This document shows positions 24,892 through 36,843 of a stretch of DNA of 64,000 bases, in pieces. The notes under the pieces are model-generated. The model did no database searches and had not been told where the DNA came from. It saw nothing but the letters and a program-made list of their open reading frames with translations. How positions within the stretch are numbered: position 1 is the stretch's first letter; every line of letters begins with the position of its first letter. The DNA is from Fistulifera solaris (taxonomy: Eukaryota), in NCBI GenBank assembly GCA_030295235.1, contig AP026125.1, forward strand, positions 2,170,001 through 2,234,000. The letters are read 5' to 3'. The position numbers were made by a program, and so were the translations under genes.

Positions 24892-27800
24892 GGTTGACGA
24901 AACTGATGTTACGAAGAAAGATAAGACGAATATTCAGCGGATGTTGGCTTTTCTTTGCTGCTGCTTCGTTTTTATGACACGCAAAAGATTTTGGCTGTTT
25001 CTCTTTGGCCCAAACAGCTTTTTCTCAAGCACAAAGCAGAAGGAAATGCGCCACGTCGATCCGAAGACGAACGACAAAAAGACCGCTTAGGGCATAACGA
25101 ATAACGAATTGCTTCAGAATTTACAGTTTACGAATTCCAGTCATTTTGTCATTTATGTCACGATACAAAAATGTATCTCCAACGGCTAAGGGCGGAAGAT
25201 GGGTCATGGTCATTACTACACGGAAATTGTATACTACAGAAAGAAACCCCATATGTTACAGTCACATTTTGTATTCTGTTTATTTATAGAAGATCAACGA
25301 AGCGTTCTTTTGTTCCTTATCCGAATGTGGAAATTCAACGTTCAACGTTCAACCGCTTATCTTCTGCTTCTAAAATAATGGATAGTAACGGAGCTCACTT
25401 TTCGCTTTTCGCTCAAAGCGCTATCGCTATCCGCTATCTTCTCTTTCTTCTCTCGTATGTTTTCTCTCCTCTCCGAACTCCAGTCTATGAAATGATAGTC
25501 TATACAGCCTATAGCCCTTAGCCTGTAGGCTTCACTTCGTATGTACAAAGCTCATAGCTAGACTAGTCTTTCATCCCGAGCTGCGAACCGTGCTCGTGAT
25601 GATTTGGGCTGTGACTCTTTGAGCTTCTAGCGAAATAGGCTGAACCATAAACAGTGTGTGAGTGGGATGAATTCCATGGTTCATAGAGAGTGAATCAATT
25701 ACACACAAGTATGGTGGCCATTGGCGATTGGCGATTGAAGAATTCTAATTACAACTTACAAGCAAGTCAACGCTTTCAACCGAGCGTACCGGGCGGGGCA
25801 CTGAGCATAGAAGCATAGAACATAGAACCTATCTGCGATCTGAGAAATGCAAGTTCTCATACTTTCCACAATCCGCATCGCAGTGCTGTGTTGTGTACCT
25901 ACAGATTCTTTCCAGTGGAGACTGCAGGTTCAAACGCTCCGTCGAGTGTTGAACTGCACAGATGCTTTGTACAATAGCTCTTGAGGGGTAATTTTGGCAT
26001 TGCTAGACGTATAGTCACCTTGCGGTAATCATTCATAGGAAGAAAGGTCGTGTTCTTTCCCTTTCAATAGCGTTATCGGTAAATCATTCCCGGCGGGTTC
26101 TGATGACCATGTCTGACGATTCTAGGTGAACGAAGAAGGCAAGACTTCCCGCCAGGTGTGTTGATACAGACTATAAGTCACCAATCACCGTTCATCCACG
26201 TCGAACGCAGCGACAAGTTGTATCGCAACGTTGTGACTGCCCGCGATCCTACGAGCTGAGGGTTTGATCACGAAACCATACCATTGTTAACCAATAATGC
26301 TTATTATATGGGAAGATGGTAGCCGAAGAGTCAAGATAAAGACAACAAAAAGTAATAAGTAGGGTTCGGACGCACTGTAAAATAGTCCGTAAATAAATCC
26401 GTTCACCATTCCTTCGACGTCCGCCAAAATCCTACCACCATCTCAGGTTTTTCGACTGCTCCATCTTTTGTAATTCAACCTTATAAGTTGTATTGTCATC
26501 TACACATCTGACAACATGAATTATCGACTCAATACTCGAAATTTCTTCTTTTCCGCCGATTTCAGCGACGCGCGATTGTTCACACCTTACAATTCTACCC
26601 CGGATCCAGAACTTTTCGTTGAGCTTAGGTCGAAGCCAGACAAATCTTCCTAGAACATTGTCTGCGTAAGGAGTTTTGGGCTTGGCGATCGGCAGTTGAT
26701 CTGGTTCGTCGATCAGTGTACTGGCAGCGTCACCGACTTTGTCCGGTGTCGTTTGTTGAACTACCATTATTTCTCTTTTCGAAGTCGTAGCCGATTAACA
26801 CTTTGACTGCCGTTTAAGAAGTTGAGTAAGTCGAAAGTTCTGGAAAGCAAAGCCAAGCAATAAATAACCTGCTTTAATAATGCAGCAACGACGGCAACGC
26901 GCTGAAATACACAAAAAATTGCAAGTGATGGTCAATGTCATTGCTCGCAATGCTTGCGCTTGCGCTTGCGCAGGTTTCGCGAATGTACCAGGTATACTCA
27001 TGACCAAAGAGCTCTAACAGTAAGGAGATGAAGTACTCGACGACATCTGTCCAGAGTGCGGCAAGATACAGTTCGACTTCTAGTACATATTCTACGTGAT
27101 CCTACTCAGCCTCAATTTTCCGTGATTTTTCCCGCGATAAAAAACTCGCTAAATCTCAAGCCTCGCCAAACGAAATTTACGTACATTTACGCGTTAAACA
27201 ACGGTGCCAACTATCGTCACTTTTGGAATCGTTTTCGATATTATCTCATTTTTAAACATTTTATCTTATTCCACTCGAGTCAAGGACAAGGTGGTGCAAC
27301 GGAAATGGCGCAGACCGGCGCCCATCGCTTTTCCCTGACCACCGCAAATTATTATCGCCATCGCTGTCGTCGGGTGTTTCTCTCTCACTTTGTACCTCCC
27401 GATCATCAGCTTTATGTTCCGTCGACAACTATTTACAAGTACATAATATCTAAAGAATGGTTTTTATTCTTTCCCTTTCCATTTGAGCCATCTGCAGGAT
27501 GAGTTACTTGCGATTTCGACTCTCGCCTCGTGGTTCGTCAGCAAATTGCAGCTTCACATTAGGGCGCTTCTGAAAGACATCTTTCGCCGCCGTACGGGGA
27601 CCTTTAACCAGATGAAGCTTCAATGAAACAAAGACTTATTAAAAGGTAAATGAGCTAAATTGATTGATAAACAAGATGGATAACAATGGTATACTTGCCG
27701 CAGAAACGCGTCAAAAAGCTGCGGCCGATAAAATTGGCTTGGCGAGTATTTTTTTAGCTCACTGTATGCCACAGTCAGCATAGCCCACGTTGACCACGTA

Positions 27801-27949
27801 GACATGTACCAGAAGCGCCAAAACTAAATCTTGCCGCACTCTGGACACGGGGGGTCCATGTGGGACTATACGATTTAATGTAGTCGGGCTTACTACTTCA
27901 TCTCCTTACTGTAATAGCTCTTTGCTCATGACTCGTTATGTTATGAGTC

Positions 27950-28285
27950 ATGAACACCGATTCCAGAATTTCTGGAACGGCCATCATAGAATTTCGGTAC
28001 CGGTACTCTACGACGGCAAGCACGGATGGTCCAGAATTTCTGGACCAGCCACAGAATAGGGTCGCAAACACCGATTCCAGAATTTCTGGAACGCCCTCCA
28101 CAGAATTTCTGTTCGACTGCAAATACCTTTGGTCCAGAATTTCTGGACCGGCCACAGAAACGGATCGCAAACACCAATTCCTGAATTTCTGGAACGGCCA
28201 TCATAGAATTTCGGTACGACGGCAAGCACGGATGGTCCAGAATTTCTGGAACGCCTATCACAGAATTTCTGTAGCTAAACAAACA
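27950..28285. repeat. Array of palindromic CCAGAATTTCTGG units
   Basis: Copies at 27961, 28028, 28075, 28131, 28178 and 28234, plus ACAGAATTTCTGT at ~28100 and ~28260. Confidence 0.9.
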
Positions 28286-28841
28286 CCAATGATTGTTGGA
28301 CGAGAATTTCGAAACCGGAATAGAAGGGTAGCAGTAAGGCTAAGGTTACCAAAGTTTTTGGCGGCGGAATTATTTTCTGCTCCGAAAGATACCGAGTATT
28401 GAAATTTTCGTAAGGTTACAATTGACAATTAAGCCAGAAAGCTCTCGCGGGAAATTCGATATGGTACTTGATACCCTACAGCAAAAAATGTACTGTATCC
28501 TGACTCAGTGGGTAGTTGCAGCTAGTATGTACTAAATGGCTGTTTTCAAGACTAAGAGTTGGTGATTGACCGTGATACATTTCAGTAGAGAACATTTCCG
28601 TCACTTCAACTTTCAAAATTTCAAATCTGCGTTCGAGTTTTACGATCTGCGTGGCCACACGCCACCGCGACCGATACCAGCAGGTACCTCTTGATGTTCT
28701 TTGTTGTTGCTGCTGCTCATCAACGCAACATTCATCGGCAGTGCAATCATTCTGCTGACTGTTGAGTCAGACGAGCGAATAACTTTGGCAACTTTGCTAC
28801 CAAGCTCACAAATAGTTCACTTGAAAAGCGTAACGTCCGAC

Positions 28842-30013
28842 ATGAGTGCTCAACCTCAAAACAAACAGGGTCGCATCCCCGTGGCTCTTCAAGCAGTCTT
28901 TCTCGCTTCGAACAGGGGCAAGGAAGTTCACAAACCTCCTCCGGAGAAGGCTGCGAACAAGGTCTTCTTTCGCAACTGGCTTTTCCAGAAAGCTTCGACC
29001 TCCTTCAGCCGCGGAAAGAAGAGTCAAATCGTCCAGACTGCCGATGTCAAGGCACCAACCGAGACGAAGAAGCGTCCTGCTCTTCGCAAAACGGATAGTA
29101 CGGACAACGTAAGTTTTTTATTACCGTTCGAAGTGGATGGAGCACCTGCAAATATCTTACTTTCTTTTTTAAACAGCTGATGAATCCTCAAGCATACATG
29201 GACGCCATGTTGCGTTATCGTGGATACTCGACGAAACGTTATCACACTTTGCAATCGGGCTACTACAACAAACCTTCTCCACACCAGCGTGCTAGTTACA
29301 ACATTCATTTAATCGGATTGATTCGTCGTCGTGATGTCGAAAACTTTCAGGAACTCATGAGGGCTGGACTCTCGTCGAATCCTTGTAACCAATACAGCGA
29401 ATCTGTTGCTCATACTGTTTGCCGCCATGGTAGCAAGCCGATGATGGACGTTTTGCTTGAACGTGGTTGCGACTTTCGCACTGCGGATGATTACGGTCGC
29501 ACTCCTTTACACGATGCTTGCTGGGCTGCGGAGCCTGCCTTTGGAGTTGTAGAAGAAATATTGAAATTTGATATACGAATGTTTCATATGATTGATGCGC
29601 GAGGTCACTGTCCTTTAAATTATGTTCGTAAGGAACATTATGGAGATTGGATTGCCTTCATTGAACAGAACGCTGATAGATACTGGCCCAAACGTTCGGT
29701 AGCGAAGGATGGTGAGCAGGGTCCACCAGAACTTGCTCTAATGAAACCTCACAGTCGCATAGTTGACAACCCGAAGGATGCTTTGCCCGATGAGATGGCT
29801 TGCATGGTAGCAGCCGGTAAACTTAGTCCCCAGGAAGCTCGCATGTTGATTGAGGACAATGAAGCGACCGAGGCCATGAGCAATGATGGAAGTGAGGATT
29901 ACTCGGATGATGATGATTCCGAATATGACTCTGAAGACGACGACTGGGACGAGGAGGATGAAGAGCTTCTTGATGTTCTTGGCGGTTTGCCTCAGATCGC
30001 GATTCGCGAATAA
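28842..30013 (+). CDS. Ankyrin-repeat protein with acidic tail (copy B), 2 exons
   Basis: Paralog of copy A with the same motifs; intron 29109-29176 at the same codon position. Confidence 0.87.
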
Positions 30014-30110
30014 GTAAATAAAGATAGCGACAAGGGAACGGAGGTCTAGGGAAGGTCGTGTTCTATACATCTTCATCAGTCTTTCTATTAGTTTCGTACG
30101 ATTAGGATAA

Positions 30111-32099
30111 CTAAAGAGATGGTTTACCTAAAAGAAATGTGGCAAGCCAAGTGCGCAACGCTTTGTCGGAAAGCTCGCGTACTTTGACATCTGTATTGTA
30201 GACAAGCGAGTGATCCTCTTCATCGAATCCTTCCCCTAATCCACCAATGAGTACTGGTTCTGTTTCTCGTAAAGCATCGTCCTCGTCCTTTCGAGGCGTA
30301 TCAGCTGATTCGGGCGGGCGATTCGGCGCATGGCCTCCAACTGCCGCGTCCCAAACAGCGTTTGCTCTAGTAAGGCTGACGTCCAAGTTAGACGCCGACA
30401 ACACTTCCTGCTTTGTCAATTCCGACCACAACGCTTTCGTATGCTTGGGGTCTACATCCACAAATTTACCTTCCATGACATCTTTCCGTAGCTGTGGCAG
30501 TAACTCACCCTGAAGTCCTTTCTTGGGCCAAAGCGAAACGCCTGAAACAACCACAAAATCAGTTGGTGACGCTAATCCGCCTTTCACGGCTTTCGTTACA
30601 TCCGAGGCGGTGCATTTCCAGATTCCTTGTTCAAAACCGTCTTTTCCAACTGGACTTCCTATCTTTGCTTGGCGAAGGATGTCACTGTTGTGCAACCACA
30701 ACAGAGGCTCTTGTCCTTTGACTGTGTATTGTCCGCCGTAGCGTAGAGGCAGTGTTACGACACGATCACCAGCAGATGCTTTGATGCGAATATCCAAGCC
30801 TTTCGCAGCAGGGCGATTGAGAACAACACCAACGGTGCACAAGGCGTCGTCGCTTATAATCAAAACAACTGACTTATGTAGTTCTTGTGATTGCAACAGA
30901 TACGGCGATCGCTCTTGCGATGAAGCACGAACAATATGACCAGGAGTAAAATCCGAACTCGTGTCTTCCGTTTTCCCCTGGTTCTGCATGGAGGAAATGC
31001 GAGCACGTAATTCTTTCATTGGATCCATGAGCTTGATCTCTTCTTGCCTTTCAGTAGCTATAACAGCGGAAGAGGTGGGTAGTATTTTGGGAAGTAAGTT
31101 TTCCCTGGCCCATTCCTTCAACATATAATCATCGAAGGTGCCGGTTTCCTCCAAAGCCAGCTTTTCTCTACCGATAAGTTTCATGAGCATCGTCCAAGTA
31201 TCCAAACCCGCATCTCTCGCATCTACAGTCGTCGCCAATCGCGCCATTTCCTGCAACAGCGTTTGCGAATCAGTTGCCACCATGTACCAAGACTGTCGAT
31301 CGAGTTCACCCAAAAGTTGTCCAGGTCCCCAGCCAGCATATCCGCAAAACACCCAAAAATCGGAGGGCTTGGCGTGTCCGGCATGTACCAGCTTTTTCGC
31401 CTGATGAAACGATGTCCACTGAATATCACGAAGAACGGTAGTGCTGACTTCTGTCACCGGAGGTGTATCGAGCGAATGCAAACAGATTATGTCTGGTTTG
31501 GTCGAATCCAGTCCCTGTACATCTCCGCCGAACCAAACTTTCCATCTTATATTGTTGAGCGTGTCGGGTAACGTTATTTCCGTCGGTCTATTTAAAATGA
31601 TCCCTTTCGTAAATGTGGCCTCTTGATGATCTAAAACGAGGATCGCTGCCTTGTGAAAGTATTGTTGACGTAAGCCGAATCCGTAGTCTTGTTCTACACC
31701 ACCCAAGATGACAGCACCTTGTTCAATAACTTTTCCTGATTCGTAGGCCCATTGATCAGGATCGAAACTGCTGCTGGAGATACTTCCCGCAGTGACGCCA
31801 AACAAACTCCCGATGCCATCCAGATCGTCTTCTTCCGAGACGTTATCCGTTTTTGTCGCAGCCGCCGTTGCTTGTGATTCTCCCATGACGAGTTTCGCAC
31901 GAAATGCTCGCCAATCACGACTGGAAAGATCGAATTTTTCAGCGTCATCGTCAACGTCGTCGCCATTCGATGATTTGCCGTTCAGAAAAGAATATCTTGA
32001 GTATCGCCAAGTTGTAACAGAAGAAGGATTCAGGACGAAACTGGTCGTATAGGTCAGCTTCGTCAACAACAATAGTACTAGAATTTGAAGTCGCATCAT
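30111..32099 (-). CDS. Plastid-targeted protein with two YqgE/AlgH (DUF179) domains
   Basis: Signal peptide ending TTS-F, DWRAFRAKLV, QQYFHKAAILVLDH..GIILNRPT, FGGDV, FCGYAGWGPGQLLGEL; second copy LHKSVVLII..GVVLNRP..YGG. Confidence 0.85.
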   Translation of the reverse strand: MMRLQILVLLLLTKLTYTTSFVLNPSSVTTWRYSRYSFLNGKSSNGDDVDDDAEKFDLSSRDWRAFRAKLVMGESQATAAATKTDNVSEEDDLDGIGSLFGVTAGSISSSSFDPDQWAYESGKVIEQGAVILGGVEQDYGFGLRQQYFHKAAILVLDHQEATFTKGIILNRPTEITLPDTLNNIRWKVWFGGDVQGLDSTKPDIICLHSLDTPPVTEVSTTVLRDIQWTSFHQAKKLVHAGHAKPSDFWVFCGYAGWGPGQLLGELDRQSWYMVATDSQTLLQEMARLATTVDARDAGLDTWTMLMKLIGREKLALEETGTFDDYMLKEWARENLLPKILPTSSAVIATERQEEIKLMDPMKELRARISSMQNQGKTEDTSSDFTPGHIVRASSQERSPYLLQSQELHKSVVLIISDDALCTVGVVLNRPAAKGLDIRIKASAGDRVVTLPLRYGGQYTVKGQEPLLWLHNSDILRQAKIGSPVGKDGFEQGIWKCTASDVTKAVKGGLASPTDFVVVSGVSLWPKKGLQGELLPQLRKDVMEGKFVDVDPKHTKALWSELTKQEVLSASNLDVSLTRANAVWDAAVGGHAPNRPPESADTPRKDEDDALRETEPVLIGGLGEGFDEEDHSLVYNTDVKVRELSDKALRTWLATFLLGKPSL

Positions 32100-32790
32100 T
32101 TTCGAGGGAAACAGAGCCAAAAATGGCGAAAGATTATTCGAAGGAATGCAGGAAAGATCTGAAAGAAGAAGGATAATTTCGATCGAGTCAAAATACACGG
32201 ATTTCCGAAAACTGTCCCTCTGATCGCCCACCACGTTCCTCTCACTTCTCTTCGAGTGTCTGTCTTATGCTTTACAGATAGCGTCCGAATAGATTGTGAA
32301 GACAGAAGTCGTCAACAAAGAGTGCATGCATGCAGCATGCTCTCACCCATCAATTGAACGCGTGTGATTTCACGTTGATGATGATGCGATGTGACGCCTT
32401 TCCGCAAAAGCAACGGAATTCATTTTACTGTGGTCCTTGTAGTAGGCCGTCCAGGGTTCATTCTTGCGCCTGACCACGAGTGTTACGTCAGTCATATAAA
32501 GGAAGACGATGAACTGCGTCCGTCCGGCGCTCGCTTCATTCAATACCGTTTCGACAGCGGAGGAGACAGCGTCCATGATAAGAAATGACCAATGACCCAC
32601 AAAATGACTCCGCACGACTACATAAATGGATATAGTGAAAACTGAATGACCTTCCTCACTTTATCGTCGCTCGGGATGAAGTTTCGAAAGACTTGTGCTT
32701 CGAGCTTCGACAATCTCACAATCAATCAACAAAACGAAACATATATTGACATCGAAAGACCTCCTTGCCGTCTGAATTGATCCTACCAAC

Positions 32791-35700
32791 ATGACCACAA
32801 TCGTTACGACGACTCCTCCCCATTTCACTAACGACACCACCATCAATTCGCACGGCCCCAAGTCAGCGAGTCCCGGGCATTTGCAGGAACGTGTCGATGC
32901 TTTAGAAAAACGTTTGCAGACGCTTCTCGACACGCGTTCTTCGACTCAGGTAAGTCGTTGCTAACCAGCACAAAAGCCATTTGTAATATCGATAGCATCT
33001 TAACTCTCTCACGATTTCCGGTATGACAGGCTTCGATTACACAGTGTCAAGATGAGCTCAGTAAACTCTTTCGAGAAAGTCCTAGTCGTCCCCAAGATTC
33101 GCTCGAGCAGTTGAATGCTCGCATCACGTACGTTCATTTTATTATTCCACTTTCAGTCTTTAAGCTTTCTCTTCTCATACTTTTTTCGTTCTTGCTCAAA
33201 TACAGTGACCTGGAAAAGAACGCGTCCGCGTGAGCTTACCTTTAGCGCAAGAAAAAGACATTCTCAAACAGATTCACAAGTTGATGCGTCGCAAAGTCAA
33301 AGTACAAGCTTATATTCAGACGGAACAATCCATTCGTCTCAACAAGGTACGTCTGAAATGCTTCTTTCATTACTGTGCTGTCGTGTGATGGGCGTCTAAA
33401 GTATCTTTCTTTTGTCTTATTGCTGCAGAATCGGGTCACCGACTTACGCAACAAACTACGCGAATGCAACGATGAACTCAAAACGATTCGTTGGGAATTG
33501 GCTACAGTCAAAACCGCGAATCAGTTAGGTTGTCCTGTAGAAGATTTGGTAGGACGTGCTGTTGCCTGTCCTCCCGAAAAGTTGGGTCAAATCATCGGAA
33601 AGAAAGGACGTCATTTGCAACAGCTTTCCGCAAGTGCCGCCGTTCAAATGGAGGTCAACAAAAGTGAGGAAAAGAATGTTGTCCGTATGATTGGACCACT
33701 TGCTTCGTTGGATGCTGCCGTCATGGATTTGGACAAAGTCTTTCAACAAACGGAAGAAAAACTCGATGTCGATGAAACGTTGCTCGAATACTTGACCGCC
33801 AAAGGTGTGACGGCATTGCAAGAAATCCGGGCCAGTCATCCGGACATTCGCTTGGATGCTTCGCGTGAAAAAGGAATCGTGTGTCTGGGAATTCCAGAGG
33901 ATATTGTAGCCTTTCGGAAGGATTTGCCGGACATTCAATCCGAAACGTTGACAGTCTCTTCCAAAGAAGCTGCAATTGTTGTAGGAAAGAATGGAGCTAC
34001 CATTGAGAGCATCGTTGAATCGCATCAAACGGCCATCCAGCTGATTCGTGGTGAAGTCAACACTGTGATCAAGGTCATGGGTCCTTCCGGTCACGTGGAA
34101 TCTGCCATTCGCGAGATCGAGGAGTTGCTGGCTGCGAATCGCGACGGCGCTTTAAAAATGAACGTACTGGTACCGATCAAAAATGCCCTTCTCTTGGACA
34201 ATGGGAAAGGAGTTCGTGAGTTGACGGTACAGGTAAACAATCATCTCGAGGCGACCGGCGCAGTGACGCTGAATATTGAGGACGGCGCCTTGATCGTCAA
34301 AGGTAAAGCGCGGGTTTTGGAGGCCGCTATGGAAAAGGTGCAAGCAGAAGTGCGTCGTTTGGAGCAACTGATGGTGTCAATTCACGTAGATCCAATGGTT
34401 ATCCCAGTTTTCATTGGAAAGGGAGGTAGCGGTATCAAAGACTTGAAGAACGGAAAGCCTGTTACTATTGAGCTCGACAAAGAACAGGGTAGAATCGACA
34501 TTGCCGGATTAGAAGCGAGTTGCATTGACTACGTCCGAGAAAGAACCCAGGCGTTGGCAAACACACAATTGGTCGAACGGATTCAGACCGATCCTCCTTC
34601 TGCTTACAAATCTCTAATGGGGGGCTTTGTCCGTAAGCTGGCAAAAGAAGTTAATAAGTTGGTGTTCTTGAAACTCGAGGACGAGTCGCAGCAGATCATA
34701 CTGAGAGGAAGTCGGGAAAAGCTTGAAGAGGCAAAGGCTTTGATCAATCAATACTTTGCTCAAAATTTCTCTCAAGAGATTGAAGTAACTAAGGATGACA
34801 TTCAGGCTTTGCTGACCGGAGGCAAGAACTCCAAGATCGTAGAGCTGGCAGAAAAGGCGGGTGTCAAGCTAAATACAGTCAAAGATCGGCAGATAATTGT
34901 TGTTCGGGGTGAAAAAGAAAAGGTCGCTGACGCAATCCAGTCAGTAAAAGCTTATCTTTACGGGGGAGAAGGAATCAGTCTAGCGAAAGTTTCAATCGAT
35001 AAGAACGCTATCGGACTTGTTATCGGGAAAGGAGGCAAAAACAAAGAAGAGTTGGAGCATAAGTTTAATGTCAGCATCATGATTCAGCGAAATGAGAATG
35101 TGCTGACGATGCGCGGACAAGACGTCGACATCGAGGCCTGTCGTGCAGACATAATGAGGCAGATAGTAACGGCACGTGTGACTCAAACTCTCAAAGCTGC
35201 AGCTGAAGAACTCGAATCGCTGCGAAAGGCGAACGTTTTTCGCCGTATCATGCAGTCGATACCTGTTCAACTATCGAACAAGGACGACATCATTACGGTT
35301 CGCGGTGTTCAAGCTGATGTAAACGATGCAATATCCACTTTGAACGAAGCGTTGGGCAAATCGTATCGAATGAGGTACCGTATGGACGGAATCTTATTCA
35401 ACCGACTCCAGGAAGCTTGGAAAGATCCGGCACACGCAAAGCAAATAGAATCATCTACGCATGCAAAGCTAGAGTTGACACAGAATAGCTTATCATTCAC
35501 CGGAAGTCGAAAACAAGTAACTGATGCTAAGCGTGAAGTACTGAAGTATTTTGAGTTCTTGTTCGGCTCACAGTTCTGCCACCTAAGTGTCCCTCTCTCT
35601 AGCTTGCCCGGGTTGGGAAAATCGAGTGTTGTTATGAATACAATGGCTAGTTCTGGATGTCAACTGTTCCTTGACCGAGACCTTTCTGCTGTTTTGTTTT

Positions 35701-36722
35701 TCTGTTCCGACACCACGAAACTTGATGTTGCGCGAGAGGCAATCAAACTTCAAATCGAAGAGGAAAACAAGCGGGCTTTTGTTCTAGAGCTCGACGACAA
35801 TGAAGAATGGATCGTCTCTTTGGTATTGGGAAAGAATGGAGACAACATCAAATCTTTAAGGAGAGAAACTGGCTGCAAAATTGATGTCCACGACCGTACC
35901 ATAACTGTTACGGCCGATCAGACCGATCTAGTTGCAAGTGCAAAAGCCAAGCTGGAGTCGTTAGTTGAGAAGGCTCGTCGTGAATGTGTTTTTGTATCGA
36001 TTCCGGCTAAACACATGCCTGCATTTGTTGGGCGTAGCGGTGCAAACATAACCAAGTTCACCACCGAGTATGGCGTTGAAATACAGATTATGAAAAAAGG
36101 CACCGACGAAGCCTCGATTCGACTGACCGGTGACGGAGAAGCCGTATCCAATGCCCATGATGCCATTATAGAGTGGATAGAGTTGCGCGACACTCTTGGC
36201 GCCGTGAGAGAAGTCATCGGCACTCGCGAGAATAGCCCGAGGAAAGATCAGCCTTCTACCACACTTAAAGTGGAATCAGATCAGATTGCCAGAATCATCG
36301 GAAAGAAAGGAGCTGTCATTCGCGGTCTGGAAAATGAATTCGATTGTGAAATCAGAATTAATCGAAAGATGAGTTCTGTGACGATAACTGCAGCAAATCT
36401 CGAAAGTGTCATCGAGAGAATTCAAAAGATTGCGCAAGAAGCCCCTCCGAGTAAATCAAAAGCTAACGAAGTTGTTGATACAGAGGATGCCTCTGGAGCT
36501 GAGGAATTCGTGCAACCTAAATCAGATCTCAACATTACCGTGAAGAAGTCGGATTTCCCGACTATCAGTGGTGAATCTGGCGAAGAGAGTCATTCACATG
36601 ACTCTTCGCCCGTGAAAGGAAACACAATCACCTGGGCCGCAATTACCAAACCTTTGACTGGAACAGAATATGAGATATCTTTCGACGAGAGGGAGAGCTC
36701 ATCTGCCGTAGCGGCATTGTAA
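32791..36722 (+). CDS. Multi-KH-domain RNA-binding protein (vigilin-like), with short 5' exons
   Basis: Repeated KH GxxG loops: IIGKKG, VVGKNG, FIGKGG, VIGKGG, VLGKNG, FVGRSG, IIGKKG. Upstream coiled-coil exons separated by introns at ~32950, ~33128 and ~33347; start codon inferred. Confidence 0.85.
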
Positions 36723-36843
36723 TTGTGCCCATTTGCAATAGAAACCTGCTTGTCGACACGATAGATTAATTAGTAAGACACATATTGTTATTTATTCTTC
36801 TAAAGCTATTATTGAAGGACCACTCTGCATTTATACCCAGAGC

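Noticed and set aside
27950..28285. CRISPR-like appearance (palindromic repeats with spacers)
   Set aside because: Spacers are themselves repeated, repeats are short and variable, there are no cas genes, and the context is eukaryotic
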